From Eledone cirrhosa (Eukaryota): a stretch of DNA of 64,000 nucleotides. The notes under the pieces are model-generated. The model made no database searches and was not told where the DNA came from. It was given only the letters and a program-made list of their open reading frames with translations. Shown one piece after another: positions 26,526 to 41,365 of this stretch. Made by a program: the position numbers and the translations under genes. Where the stretch lies: the NCBI GenBank assembly GCA_964016885.1, contig OZ024743.1, forward strand, positions 289,106,001 through 289,170,000. Direction: 5' to 3'. How positions within the stretch are numbered: position 1 is the first letter of the stretch; each line of letters opens with the position of its first letter.

Positions 26526-26746
26526 AGGGCGGTGGATCGGCAGTATCGGTAGAGAGTCGGATACCATGCTTTGCAGCATAGAGTTACAGCCTTTTACGGT
26601 CTGAATTCAAATTCCGCGCAGGTTAACGTTTCCTTTCATCCTTACGGGGTCCATAAAATAAAGCACCAGTAACGTACTGGGGTCGATTTAATCGACTTTC
26701 CCCTCCCCAAAATTACTGGCCTTGTGCCTATACTAGAAATCATTAG
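26526..26746 (+). mobile_element. tRNA-derived SINE (longer variant)
   Basis: Family head and core plus the insert ggggtcgatttaatcgac. Confidence 0.9.
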
Positions 26747-28005
26747 TAGAGGCTTTTCATATTTTCGTATGAGCACCTTGTAATTCTTTGGATGATTAAA
26801 CCGTCATGACTACACCATCAGCGTTTTTACGTTTTGTAAAATCTCATATTTAGTATGAGAAATATTGTTGGATTCCATTTGTGGTGCGTGAATGGGAAAA
26901 TAATATAGATGTAGACTTTACGTCGACTTTTAACAAGATATTAACCTAATGAGACGATAGTGATTATAATGTGTATATGACGTTTGTATGTTTCCTCGGC
27001 ACTGTGTTTTGATAAGAGCGACGTTTCCCTTATTTATCATTTATTTTTCTGGGGAATTTTGTATAATAGGGTTGTTTGTCCACAAATGTTTTGTGATATT
27101 TGCTACGTTGTTTTCAAATTGCTTCTTATAAATGTGCTGGGAGCCTATGTGGGAGTTTTATAAGTCTATGGCCAATATAACAGTTGGAGTTATAAAGTTT
27201 ATAACATTCCCGCTTATTGTCTATCACATTTTATAAGTTAATTGTTGTAGTACATGGTTAGTTTATAGTTTATTATGTCTCGCCAAGAATGTTTTAATCT
27301 ATGTTTTAATCATGTCACAGATATATCGGTAGCAATGTGAAAATGCCAGACCCGTTGTTCTGTGATGGCTGTAAAATGATCTCAGCATAAAATCTTCATA
27401 GCGAGACGTATGTTTGCTGAATTTAGATAAATCTATTGTATATGGCCTCATACACAAACCTTTTTATGAATCACGCTGATAGCGCTATTGTAAGTACACA
27501 CTATTATTGGAGTAATTTCTTTTGCTTTTTGACATTAGATTTTGAGCGCCCCTAGAAAGCGAATTTTTCAATCCCAGCATAAAAAATTATTAATTGTTAA
27601 TAATTGGTCCATTTATTGTATTATATATATTGTTTTACGTATATGAAAATATTCACCTCCCTATATGTGGGATACGTCAATGTTCATTATAGTTATTTCA
27701 CCGGAGATTTTAACCACTACAGTATTTACATGTTATGCAATTTTCATTTGTCTGATAATGGTGGCTTCCGTCGAAAACAATGTATGACCACACAATGTTT
27801 AATCAACTAACTATACATTGAATTAATGTGTGAAATTGCTGAGCATTTCAATGGCACGTGTATCCTTCGCATAATTCTCAAATAGAATCAGTATGACACA
27901 AAATTAAAGGCGGCAAATATATTTTATACACCTGCATCATAAACGCTGACAATCCTTTGTCTACGAGTCCTACGTTTAGATATATCCAGTCCCCTTACCT
28001 ATCTA

Positions 28006-28215
28006 TTAAAACCAAGCGATATTTCTGTTATTTAAGAAAATCTGTAAGTTACTAAAGACAAAGTATATTTCTGGATCTACCAGTAGTGCAGATATTCCTC
28101 TAGCCATATAGTATGGAATATTCCGTTTGCTGCGTGTAAACGGCATGAATGAAAGTACAAAGTGCGGTGTCTCTTCTTTTAACCTGTCTGTATTATTATT
28201 ATTTTTTAGTGACAT
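28006..28215 (-). pseudogene. Old PLE RT thumb relic
   Basis: TRSKRNIPYYMARGISALLVD resembles the PLE motif HTKRNIPY.LARRIC.IV. Confidence 0.5.
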
Positions 28216-28811
28216 TTGGTCAATTTATTGAAAAACAATACTACAAAAATTAAATAAATCTATAAGATGCCAACCATTATAAACACATCTCAAATACATA
28301 GAATGCGTCACTTCCAACAATCGAGGAAACAAACCAAATTCCAAGTGCTTACCAATGTGTCCAAACATGGGAGAGCCGAACTCCCACTGTCATCGCCTCC
28401 ATCTCTCTCGCCCTCCCCATATTTCTGGATGAGCAAATGGGATCCCACGTGCTGGCCGTCCCACGGCACCAGCGAACAGAATGGATAGGGAGGATGGTAA
28501 GGGAGATGAACTGGAAGAGCGTCTGTTGAAATTGTTATATTTAATAATTTTATGAATATGTTGTACTAACATTGTAGTTCTTTTTCATTGGCTTCCCATG
28601 TGAATCTAAAGCAGAGGTTCACATAGTGGACACTACTAGACCTCGAGGGCGTTGATAGGTCCAAAGGGCGCTGGGCCCTTAGGGGGCGGTAGGGGTGGGG
28701 TTGGTAGAGATGATATAATAGTATATTAGATATCAAATGATACATAATGTATATAAATATAGTAAAATAATATCTTATTTATTATAAATAAATTAACGAT
28801 TTTATTTATTA

Positions 28812-29770
28812 CTAGTCACATTACCCGTTGCGTTTCACACATTTTTTTTGTAAGAAAATGATGATTGATTTTAAGTCAGTGATGTAATTTATGGAGTAAA
28901 ACTCCGCATTTCAATATTACTCAATGTAAAATGTAATGCATGAAAAATTGGAAAACATTATTTTTTGTAATATATCAAATCAAAATTATATTAGTAAATC
29001 GTATTCTTATTTTGTTTCTTGTAAATAAATGTCTTCAAATTATCAAATCAAAACTTTTGTGAATAGGCATCATATCTTGTCATTTACCTATGGTTTAAAT
29101 TTCACATACATCGAAGGGAAACAATTTTCAGCGCGGCTTTGTGCCTCCGGGGAACCCTAATAGGGGGTTTAAACCCCATTAGGGTATCTTTATATTATTG
29201 AAATTTGCTGAAGTTTTGTAAATAGGCATCATATCTTCTCATTTACCTATGGCCTAAATTTCATATAAATCGAAGGGACAAAAAATTTCAGCGAGGGTTT
29301 TCACCGGGGGTTTTGTGCCCCCGGGGAACCCTTTAATTAAAATGAAATATACTTATCCAAGTACCCTGGGCAATGTAGTTTCAGAATATATCTGGTTATG
29401 TGTGTCTATCTCCAAAACCATAGGAGGAGTTCGTGAAATCTTGTTCCATTATTGGCCAAATATTTCACTATAGGGGGTTTAACACCCATTAGGGTATCTT
29501 AATATTATTGAAATGTGCTGAAATGTTGTGAATAGGCATCATATCTTGTCATTTACCTATGGTTTAAATTTCATATAAATCGAAGGGAAAACATTTTCAG
29601 CCGGGGTTTGTCCTGCCGGGGAACCCTTTGATTAAAATGAAATATACTTATCCAAGTACCCTGGGCAATGTAGTTTCAGAATATATATGGTTACGGGGGT
29701 GTATCTCTAAAACCATAGGAGTAGTTCGTGAACAAACAAACAGACAGGAATACAACTTTATATAGATAGA
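28812..29770 (-). mobile_element. Non-autonomous Helitron with internal subrepeats
   Basis: Minus strand starts TCTATCTATATAAAG and ends ...gcaacgggtaatgtgaCTAG, between A and T. The subrepeat aataggcatcatatctt occurs three times. Confidence 0.7.
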
Positions 29771-29774
29771 TATA

Positions 29775-30365
29775 CTAACTGACGTACCCAGCTTCGCCTG
29801 GGTAAAGAAATGATAAGAGGATACAGGTAGAAGAGAAAATGACTGTATTGGATGTGTGTCTGGTTTACAGTATGTGGCGAGACCGTGGTGTGTGTCTTAT
29901 AAAAAATAAACTGTAATGAAAATCTTCCAGATACAACAGCCTCTTTGTTTTACCATTCGTGCATAGTGTATAAAGATTTCTAGGTTTTTCCAGTCGTGAA
30001 CAGCCTACATATAACTGTCAATGGGTAACAAGCGATTCTCTTGTATTCAATTCTTCAACTTTGAAACTCCGAGCTTGAGCTAAATGTATGGTCATAATAA
30101 AACTGGCTCTAAAGGGAACTGAAGCCTTGAGAGTTTGAATTGTAGCTCGGTAGAAAAAGAGATAAGAGGTATCTTGGGAGTAAATGCATTTTCTCCTTGA
30201 TTATTGACTCCAAGAATAATGACCTCTAGGATATCGTTCTCATCCTGGCTGTAAAATGTGTGCCGGTGCATAGAAGTAGCGGGTCCACGTTTCTCAAACG
30301 GATGATGGAAGTTCCAATATTTTATATTATTTGTAAATATAGATACAGATATATAGATATAGATA
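29775..30365 (-). mobile_element. Second Helitron-like element abutting the first (far boundary uncertain)
   Basis: Hairpin acccagcttcgcctgggt next to a TTAG-like 3' end at 29775. Confidence 0.4.
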
Positions 30366-31080
30366 ATTGTATATAAATGTGTGTGAGAGAGAGAGAGAAT
30401 GTGTGTGTGTGTGTGAGTCTGTGTGCATGCGCGGGAATGTATGTGTGCGTTTGTGTGTGTGCGTGTGTGTGTGTGTGTGTAAACCAGCGTCAGAATCATG
30501 TGTTTAATTCTATGTGTATCTGATTAACTATTTACTAAGGCGTAACGTCCGTAACAAACTCGCAAACACACACATTCACAGACACATACACACTCATATA
30601 GAAAATGTGACTTCGTCGTCTTGTTATAAAATATCCGTTTACTTATCTATAGTAGCTTATTTTAGATAAAGTATTATACTGTTTTAATCCAAAATGAAAA
30701 CAGAAATTATATGCTGTTACTCCCGTAGTCTAATAATATTACCTTGTAAAATTTGATTTAGTAAAGCCGTTTTAAAAGAAAGATAATCCAGTTATTTAGA
30801 AAGGGTCCCTACTCTCGATAATACATACTTTAAAACTTTGGCCAAATGTTGTCTCCACTTCGTGATATAATTCAGCTTCTAGGAATCCCAACACATATTT
30901 AGCATACGAAGGTACTGCTTTTGTACCCACAGCCGTTCATCTTGTTTGCACATACTATTTCCAACAAAATTAAATGTGTTTACTTCTAATACTAGGTAAA
31001 GCGTTTTGATAATGACATCTAATCTGAAACATTCATTTATGTCTTTGTTACTACCTAATATTTGATTGCTTCTAGCCACG

Positions 31081-31400
31081 TGGCTGGGCGGTTAGATAAT
31101 TGGATTCGCAATAGTGAGGTTATGATTTCGATTCCCAGACCGGGTGATGCGTTATTTACTTGAGCACGACACTTTATTTCACGTTGCTACTTCTGCCTGG
31201 ATTTGCGACCGACAGATAGTATTAGCAATTGGAAAGACCAACGGAAACATTACTTCCCTGGTCCGATTGGACGAGCTCCACCCCACTCGTTACGCGAATG
31301 GCGTCTGGGATCTTGTCAATCGAAATCTCTTATGCCTAATGGGTGTGTTATATTCGAGTAAATTCTTAGTAGGTTGACGCTTGTGAAGTAATTACCCTGG
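31081..31400 (+). mobile_element. Different, older tRNA-derived SINE
   Basis: A box tggctgggcggtt, B box ttcgattccc, then cttgagcacgacactttatttcacgttgct. Confidence 0.55.
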
Positions 31401-32986
31401 GACATTTGATGGAATGTCCAGCTTATCTCGTCCATAACTCTGGATCGTTCTTAAACTACAAAAACTTATCTCTTGAATTTAATAGATGATATGATTAAAA
31501 ACGCAAAGGAATTATAGTATATAAACTTAAGAGAACAAGACAAAACATAGAAACGTCATTTGACCATAATTAAAAAAAAGAAATGTCCGATGTTACCATT
31601 CCTCATTGCCTCCACAAGGGAAAGACGGAATGAAGCATTCCAGATATGCTTCGACCAATCGAAGTATAGCTGGTCGAAGAGTGTGAGCTTATTTCGAATG
31701 GGATTATAAATTCTTTCCCAGCCTAAGTTCGTATACGTTTTCGACATCCACCGTATATATATATATATATATATATACAATGTAAGTTTGAAACTAACTG
31801 ACATGCAAAATCTCATATATATGAATAAGGTAAGTAGATTCAAATATCACAGAGAGTAAGAGAGGGGGGGGGGGGGGGGCGGCGACAGAAATGAAACATT
31901 GATTACAGGTTAAAATATAATCTAGATAGTTGAGAAACAAAATGTAGTTTATGGGTGACCCAAATGATTTAGAAGTCGAGCTTAAGTAGGAGCAATAACA
32001 TTCAGAAAAACATGAAAGACACCATATGATTTTGTATTGAACATTTTGAAAGTAGGTTCATAAGTATGAACTTTCAGTAGATTTTCGCCACTGTCTCTGT
32101 GGCCTAGTGGTAGGTACTAGAGATGATGGAGATCCTGGTCATGGGTTCAATCCGTGTCAGAAGTTACGTGTTACACTTTTTATTTTACATCCCATAGAAA
32201 AAAACTGAAAAGGTTTACCGGCAACCCTACTCATGAGCAGGATCGGACTCAGACCAGGATCACCACAGTCTATGATTCCTCCAAATAGGCCGCCGAGACA
32301 GCTACAAAAGTACAATGAAAATCAATAATTATAAACGTACATTCAATGCAATGCAATGATAATTTATAGAATATAACAAGGGGTCTTTGATATAATAATT
32401 TTGGGAACCACTGGTTGAAAGCAACGTAACCTTTCTGAGTCTATCTTCATGAGATTTGATCACGTAACTTCTCAGGCATTGAAATTTGGCTACATATCTA
32501 TGGTCATCGCCACCACTTTAAGCTAAGGAATAAATGACCATAAAAGCCCATTTTGGCTAACCGTAGCTTTAAGATGTTTAATCAGACGTGCCGTGCCGTT
32601 CGTATAGAATTCGTTATTATTTAGCTGCAAACTGCAATTGGAAGAAAGCTTGGAAATTGAGTACAAATCTTATTAGCACCGTAAATTGGGGAGATAAAAA
32701 CGTAATCTACGAGATAGTTATTCTGAGAAATGAACGAGTAGAAAGAACGTCCCTCCCCACCTCTCGTTATTAAATTGTGTTTATTTACTTATTTAGTTTC
32801 ATTTCTTCATTTGTTCCACTGTCTGTTTAATGTTTCATGTGGTTTATACAGTTCCATAACTATTGCTTTCTTCGCCCTCTCTTTCTCTCACACCTTTTCC
32901 AGCTGTCTTTACGGTCCTTCCTATTTCTACCTCTGTCCGAAAAGCTATAATACATGAAGAATCTATATACATTATAAATACGTAAT

Positions 32987-33134
<148 letters not shown>

Positions 33135-33457
33135 ACATAAATGTATACGTACTTCTGTGTGTGTCTCTCTCTCGCTATATACACACATGTAAATTACGCA
33201 TATATGTGTATATATATATATGGGTGTATGTATGTATATATATGTTGACATGCGTATGAGTATGTGTGTATACAGAAAAGGACAAGTTTCCAAACAATAT
33301 AGATTAAGCCAGAAGCATTCATCCCGACAAATTAAGTAAGAAAATTCATTTCATCAACGGTATATGTAACAAGCCAATAATAGAGCAAGCATATTGTTAG
33401 AAGGGATTGAGAAGTGAGAACTTACAGCAAAGTAAACGAGTGTGGAGAAACAAAAGG

Positions 33458-33557
<100 letters not shown>

Positions 33558-33707
33558 ACACAGTCACAGACACATGCACACACACACATACATACTCAGA
33601 AATATGTTTAGATATATATGTTCATGTGTGTGTGTGTGTGTATGTGTCCGTGCGTGTGTGTTTGTGTGTGTTTCTGTTTATGTACTTGTGTGTGTACCTT
33701 TGTTTGC

Positions 33708-33750
<43 letters not shown>

Positions 33751-34344
33751 CATATAGGTGGAACAGAGAGATAAAGAATGATATAAAGAATCATAAATTG
33801 AGAGAGACTATATGTAGTTGTAAAAGGAGACAGAAGAACGAGGGAGGTGCAGGAATGAAAGGCTATTAAAAAAAGGTGTGATATTGATAGAGAGTGAGGT
33901 GGAGGAGAAGCGAGGGGTAGACAATGATGCTTCGGTAGGTGGCATGGGTGATGGTTGATAGCACGGTTTCATTAATAAATTAAGATCTGTTATCTTCTGC
34001 TATTGACAGAACGACCAATTAAGCAAGCTAAATATGCATAGATTTGCTTTTATAATCTGCTATAGTCGTTAGCGAGTTGCTAAGGCAGTATGTAAAGTGA
34101 TGTACATTTGAGGAAATTTGAAGCCAGTTTATCAAGACGCAGCTAATCACTGCACACATTTTATCACAACTCACACCTTCATCTCAAGCGACGTCCTCAA
34201 TATAATGTTTAACCGTCGAAATAGTAATGGTTGATTAGGTCGAAAGAAATTTGTAAAAGATAAAACTTAAAAATAATATAAATGATAGCATAATAAACAC
34301 ATAATGAAGGTAAAATAAAACACAAAATGCATACGATAAACACA

Positions 34345-34415
<71 letters not shown>

Positions 34416-34551
34416 CAGACACACAGAGGCACAAACATACACATATTCATATATATATATACACCATACACTCACGAGGAGGTTTGCCAAATACAAGCGG
34501 AAACCGCAAGTCGACTTGCGGTTTCGTTTTTACCTTCCTTTCTCTATTTCG

Positions 34552-34637
<86 letters not shown>

Positions 34638-34643
<6 letters not shown>

Positions 34644-35930
34644 ATACTTGGGGAGGGTCATATTTGTGTAAAATTGCCAGAATTAATAACAGAACACACT
34701 CACTGTTTGGTTGGTTTTCGCTTCTCGCTGTCTTTTATATCTGCGATCTAACTTAATCGGACTTCAATGTTGCCATTGACTGACCGACGGTCAAAAATAA
34801 TACAGATACAATATAGACACAAACACATATATATAGTTTACATAATTTACATAAATCTTTCGTTGCACATCTGCAACATCGTCAGTGGTGTTATAATTTT
34901 TCCTCCTGTTGTGTTGTATGTCTGCGCCATTTTTTATTCAGTCTGTCTATATATTTATTTATTTATTTGCTTGTTTGTTTATTTTATTTTGTCTTCTTTG
35001 CGCATGCGCTTGCGTGTGTGTATAGTGTTATGTTTGCTGTGTGACTAGTGTGTATAGTGTTGTGTCTGCTGGGTGACTAGTGTGTGTTTATGTGCTTGTT
35101 GTTATTGTGCTTGTGTATGTATTTATTTATCTTATTTTATTTTATTTTATTTATTTATTTACTTATTTATACTTCTCTTAGGTCAGTGTTGTTTGTTTGG
35201 GTGTTGTTGTTGTTCCACTCATTCTTTCTGTTTAGAAATTAGAAATTAGAAATAGAAATTAGAAGACCAAAGCTAAACAGAAAGAATGAGTAGAACAACA
35301 ACAACACCCAAACAAGCAACACTGACCTAAGAGAAGTATAAATAAGTAAATAGATAAATAAAATAAAATAAAATAAGATAAATAAATACATACACAAGCA
35401 CAATAACAACAAGCACATAAACACACACTAGTCACCCAGCAGACACAACACTATACACACTAGTCACACAGCAAACATAACACTATGCCACACGCAAACG
35501 CATGCGCAAAGAAGACAAAATAAAATAAACAAACAAGCAAATAAATAAATAAATATATAGACAGACTGAATAAAAAATGGCGTAGACATACAACACAACA
35601 GGAGGAAAAAATATAACACCACTGACGATGTTGCAGATGTGCAACGAAAGATTTATGTAAATTATGTAAACTATATATATGTGTTTGTGTCTATATTGTA
35701 TCTGTATTATTTTTGACCGTCGGTCAGTCAATGGCAACATTGAGGACCGATTAAGTTAGATCGCAGATATAAAAGACAGCGAGAAGCGAAAACCAACCAA
35801 ACAGTGAGTGTGTTCTGTTATTAATTCTGGCAATATTACACAAATATGACCCTCCCCAAGTATAACAATATTTGTTTCGACACACGATTTCATATAAAAA
35901 GCCTCGCTAAACTAATTCATCGCCGCTATA
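34638..35930. mobile_element. PLE 3' UTR/pLTR fold-back with arms of about 600 bp, each with an HHR (34848-34888 minus, 35619-35658 plus)
   Basis: 34638-35235 is the reverse complement of 35274-35868. CTGACGA-T-GTTGCA(gatg)TGCAAC-GAAA-GATT-TA. The terminus atgaccctcccc..gtataacaat matches the Naiad-like element. Confidence 0.9.
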
Positions 35931-35944
35931 TATATATCCCTACA

Positions 35945-36560
35945 TACATATATGATGGCTGGCAACTCGTTTCGAGTACGGCCACTACTTTATATCCATG
36001 TTGGAGAACTCCTACCGATGCGCTGAACGAGTGTGACTTTTTAGTCCAGCCAGCGACTTGAAAACTCTGGTACAAACACTACACTTGTGACAATTATTGA
36101 CACATAGTGCTGGGCCCATGGTACCATGTGATGACAAGTGCAGAGAGATCTCCAGATATAAAGCAATGCCTGTGCCGTGAAGCTTTTATAGTGAGCAAAG
36201 GCACTGCACAAAACCATCCCACTCTCTTAACCAAGATGATATTTACCAAAAAGAAGAACAAGTCAACATCATTGGATACCATCAGGGTTGCAAGTGTTAT
36301 ATCATAGTTTTCCTTCTCCTAGAATTCTGCCTTGACAAAGGCTAAGGGGTCATCTCTCCCGGTGATTTCGGATGGCCCTTGACACTTAAGAGCTCCTTTG
36401 CCCTTTGACAGGTTTTGTTTTTAGTCCCGCAGGATGTCCAAAGTCACCCACCTCACCAAGAAACCTTGGTCGGATTGCCAGTTTAGTCGCCAACGACCCG
36501 ACCATGGGACAGGTTGTACTGGGATATATGTTACCAGTAGCGCTAACTGGTGACCTGACA
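35945..36560 (-). mobile_element. Family E non-autonomous retroposon, full length
   Basis: Both ends match 42995-43535. (TATG)n context. Confidence 0.75.
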
Positions 36561-36628
36561 CATAGAGATATACATACATATATACATACATACATACATA
36601 CATACTTACATACATATATATATATATC

Positions 36629-37200
<572 letters not shown>

Positions 37201-37405
37201 TATCTAAAAAAAATTAACTGGTTAATTGTTAGACTTGGGAGATTAATACAAATATATATTATATTTAGGTGGGCACACCTAATCCTTTGGCCTGTTTTTT
37301 CCAGCACAGATCTGCCATCCACTCTTACATCAACGCACGTACTCAACCATTTCACCAACACTCACTCACACGTTTATTTAGACACACTAATACATATATA
37401 TATAT

Positions 37406-37448
<43 letters not shown>

Positions 37449-38700
37449 GAGAAACACACACCAACACAATTAATTAATTAGTTACACCAATACAAACATA
37501 GATATACATTTAATTTTACTTACGCCGCCAAATATCTGATTACACTAACCTACCACTCTCTCATCAACACATCCGTTACTCCCAACACCCACCAACATAT
37601 CCAGCCACACTCATACATGGATAGTTCAGTAGGAAGAGAGACAAATATTTAATTTTCTTAACGTTACTAATTAACTAACTAATCACACTAACACGTCTAC
37701 CCACACTACACAGCCCAATTTAAACATTTATTAAACAACTCTTTACTACCAGTATATACACACACGCACTACCACCACCAACCCAAAATAAGCACAATGA
37801 CTCACCTCCCAGTGATCTAACATCACAATTCTATTCCCTCACTCTACCTCACGACATCCTCACCCCACCCACTCCTACTCGGGCCACTTCGTGAAATAGC
37901 TCAGCTTTGACCACTGAACACCGTTATTTCACGCATACTACGGCTCCCAAGATCTTCATTTTAGAAAACACCGATACAGTCAGTCATACTAGCTTATGCA
38001 CACACACACACACACACACATAAACACATTCACATACACAGACTAATAACCGCAATAAACACAACCAAACACACTAACATGCTCACATAAATGTACATTA
38101 AATGTCATAGCCACACACTCATACATAAACATACACACATGCACACGTGTTGACACAGGCACAAAAAAACTGCAAAAATAATTCCCAGACACACGCACAC
38201 TTTCAGCAACGATACATAAATCACACACCTATACACACACACAAACACACGTACGCACATAGACACACACACACGCACACACACTCACAGGAAATAATGT
38301 TCACCCACAACGTAGACGAATAACTCCACAAAGTCACTGAAACGCAGAGACTAGTACACGCATCCACTCATAAAAATACATAAAGTATTCACAGACATAT
38401 AGAAGCACGTGCACATATACACACAGAAACTATATAAAAATTCCCCGACACACGTAGATACACATACAAATACACGTGCATCAACGATGCACAAAGCACA
38501 TACAGAAGCAATAATGCACATCCACGAAATAATATATACTGAACCATAACAACCCAACGCCCATCCAAACGCATACACACACATACACATACACAGATAC
38601 ATACACACATACACACATACACGTACACAGATACATACACACATACAGACACGGTCATGCGAAATTTTGCTCATTTAGATGGTTGGTTCATTATTATTTT

Positions 38701-39137
38701 AGGTCGGTGGATTGGCAGTATCGGGAGAGCGTCGGACACCAGGCTTTGTGACATAGAGTTATGGCCCTTTACGTTATGAGCTGAAATCCTGCCAGGGTTA
38801 ACTTTGCCATACATCCATATGGTGTCGATAAAATTAAGCACCATTAATGCACTGGGGTCGATTCAATCGAATTTCCCCTACCCCAGAATTGTTGGCCTTG
38901 TGCTAAAAGTAGAAACTAATATTATGGGTGTCACTTTGATAATGTATTAATTAATTGTAATAATTATTTCTACTTTTGGCACAAGGCCAGTAAATTACCC
39001 AGTGCATTACTGGTACTTTATTTTATCGACCCCGTAAGGATGAAGGGCAAAGTTAACCTCGGCGGGATTTGAACTCAGAATGGCAAGAGCCGTAACTCTA
39101 TCGTAAAGCCTCCACCGATACTGCCAATCCAGCGCCC
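38701..39137. mobile_element. Two convergent SINE copies (38701-38920 plus, 38962-39137 minus)
   Basis: Family core in both. The second has a 17-bp TSD taattaattgtaataat (38948 and 39138). Confidence 0.85.
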
Positions 39138-39703
39138 TAATTAATTGTAATAATAACGGTTATCATGTTTTTATTCGGGTGTTGCAGGAAACAAAACAAT
39201 GACACGTTAGATAATGTGGCCCCATGTGTACATCACTTAGGATAAGCAAAGAATAGAGTACGAATGTGCTCTATTGAACATAAGATCTCCTTTATCGGAG
39301 CTGATGTGGTTTCAATAGCCACAGCATTATTTATGTTGATGACTGATATAATCATCGCAAATATTTGGTCTTTGTTGTTCAGTGTATCACGCACAAGATC
39401 AGCTGAATGTCGGGTGAGCAATGTAATTTTATCATATACGTAAATATTAAGCATATATACGTAAAACTTTGCTTCAATAATCTTAATGAAGCAAAGTTTT
39501 TGCAATAGTGAATATGTAGGAAATTGTACTGAAAACAAATATATATAAGCCAATAGAAATAACTTTCTCTTTCTACAATTTTCTCTGTCAAATCTGATAT
39601 AGCTATAAGATATACTTCCTTGCAGAAACAGTATTTTTAACTTAATTTTCATATGTGAAACATTAAGCAATGATAACGCTGACATGACGATACACACACA
39701 CAC

Positions 39704-39737
<34 letters not shown>

Positions 39738-40878
39738 AAATTAATTTATAAAGATATATTTGTGTTTATTTGTAAATATATATGCATTAAACATTACAAA
39801 AGGCACACAATAAGCTGTAGATTTTCAGATTTACCGGAGTAGACGGAGTAGAGCACCTTGTGATATATGTGACATACCTTAAAAGTTTGAGTTCAAATCA
39901 CTCCGATATCATCTTTACATTTTACCATTCAGGGCGTGAATGATAACAATCCATCGGCTTCAATTATTTATGAATTTTATCACGTGACCATTTTCAGAAA
40001 TTTATTTTTCAACGCCATTAGAGTGATATTTTCAAATTAACAAAAATCATTTCGGCTCACCACATTATGTATTGTATCCTGCAATTAAATATATGTGAAT
40101 ATTTTTCGATATTATTTTATCTTTCAAGTTGCCTAATAAGTGGCTTATATTCACACCAGTAAGAAGTATTCTACAAGTCGTTTTATGAACAGGCAGCTGT
40201 GTTGACTATATCGAATGCGACAGAAATGTGACTGGTGTTTTCACCATACTTACTAAAAATCATATTCCATTCATCCAACTGTATAACAACAGTTGGACTT
40301 TTGTGAATTGAAATTTATGGAGCTCTCACAAGGAGCTATCCTTTTGAAAATAACCTTCATTAATTCTAATGCAATTTTTCCTGATCATTTTTATATTGAT
40401 TAATGCCACAGCTTGATTTAACTCCGAACAGAAAAAATAAGCAAAATAAATGCCACACATGATTTAGTCCGACGCTCTACGACTCATGCAAATTTACCGC
40501 CTCTTCAACAACGAAAAGTGAAGGTCTACGTTGGCCATGAAGGTATTTGAACTCAGATCACAGACAGCGCCAACAAATACCACATTATATTTTATTCTAT
40601 GTTGTAACATCTCTGGGAATTCACTGCAATGTGCCAATTTGCCTCCATTGCAATTATAATTTCAACTGATCAAAAAAATGTTCAGCTCATCACATAAACG
40701 ATGGCAGCTTGCATTTAAGTTATAAGTTTTCCATACATAAAGCACCCTTGTGTTGCATTTAATGATATTAGAAGTACTGCGGTTATTTTATCAACTATAC
40801 ATAAAAGACAGTGATACAGTATAACCACACTCTAATGAATAAAATCAATAAAAGTATAAACAAATAATATAAAGTAAG

Positions 40879-40953
<75 letters not shown>

Positions 40954-41316
40954 TATACACACACAAATATATATATATATACCCCCAACGAAAACAAATG
41001 TGTCTTATTCACTACTACATTATAAATTTGTCATGAATAATGCCAAGAACTTAAAAGCTTTAAACTCCAATAGTTGATTGCTTGAATGTATAAATAAATA
41101 GTCATTCACACCCACAGACGAACAGAAACCTCAACGATGTAGACAACAGTATTTACACACAAACACACACACACATATGTCTGTGCGTGTGTATGTATCA
41201 GTGTGTATATGTGCGCGTCTGTGAGTGTTTATGTGTCTGGATATATGTATATCAACCTATACGCCATTGCACCTACGTACCTGGATATATACACATATAT
41301 GTGTGTGCGTGTGTCT

Positions 41317-41365
<49 letters not shown>

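Noticed and set aside
27750-27790. Further hammerhead-like ghosts (also about 9922-9955, 53085-53100 and 56168-56215)
   Set aside because: Core mutated or truncated and stems incomplete. Plausible relics but not supportable individually.
32092-32165. tRNA gene
   Set aside because: A- and B-box-like motifs are present but there is no convincing cloverleaf. More likely a decayed SINE head.
39233-39410. Possible host exon (minus strand) after a cag acceptor
   Set aside because: No recognisable protein similarity and no supporting neighbouring exons.
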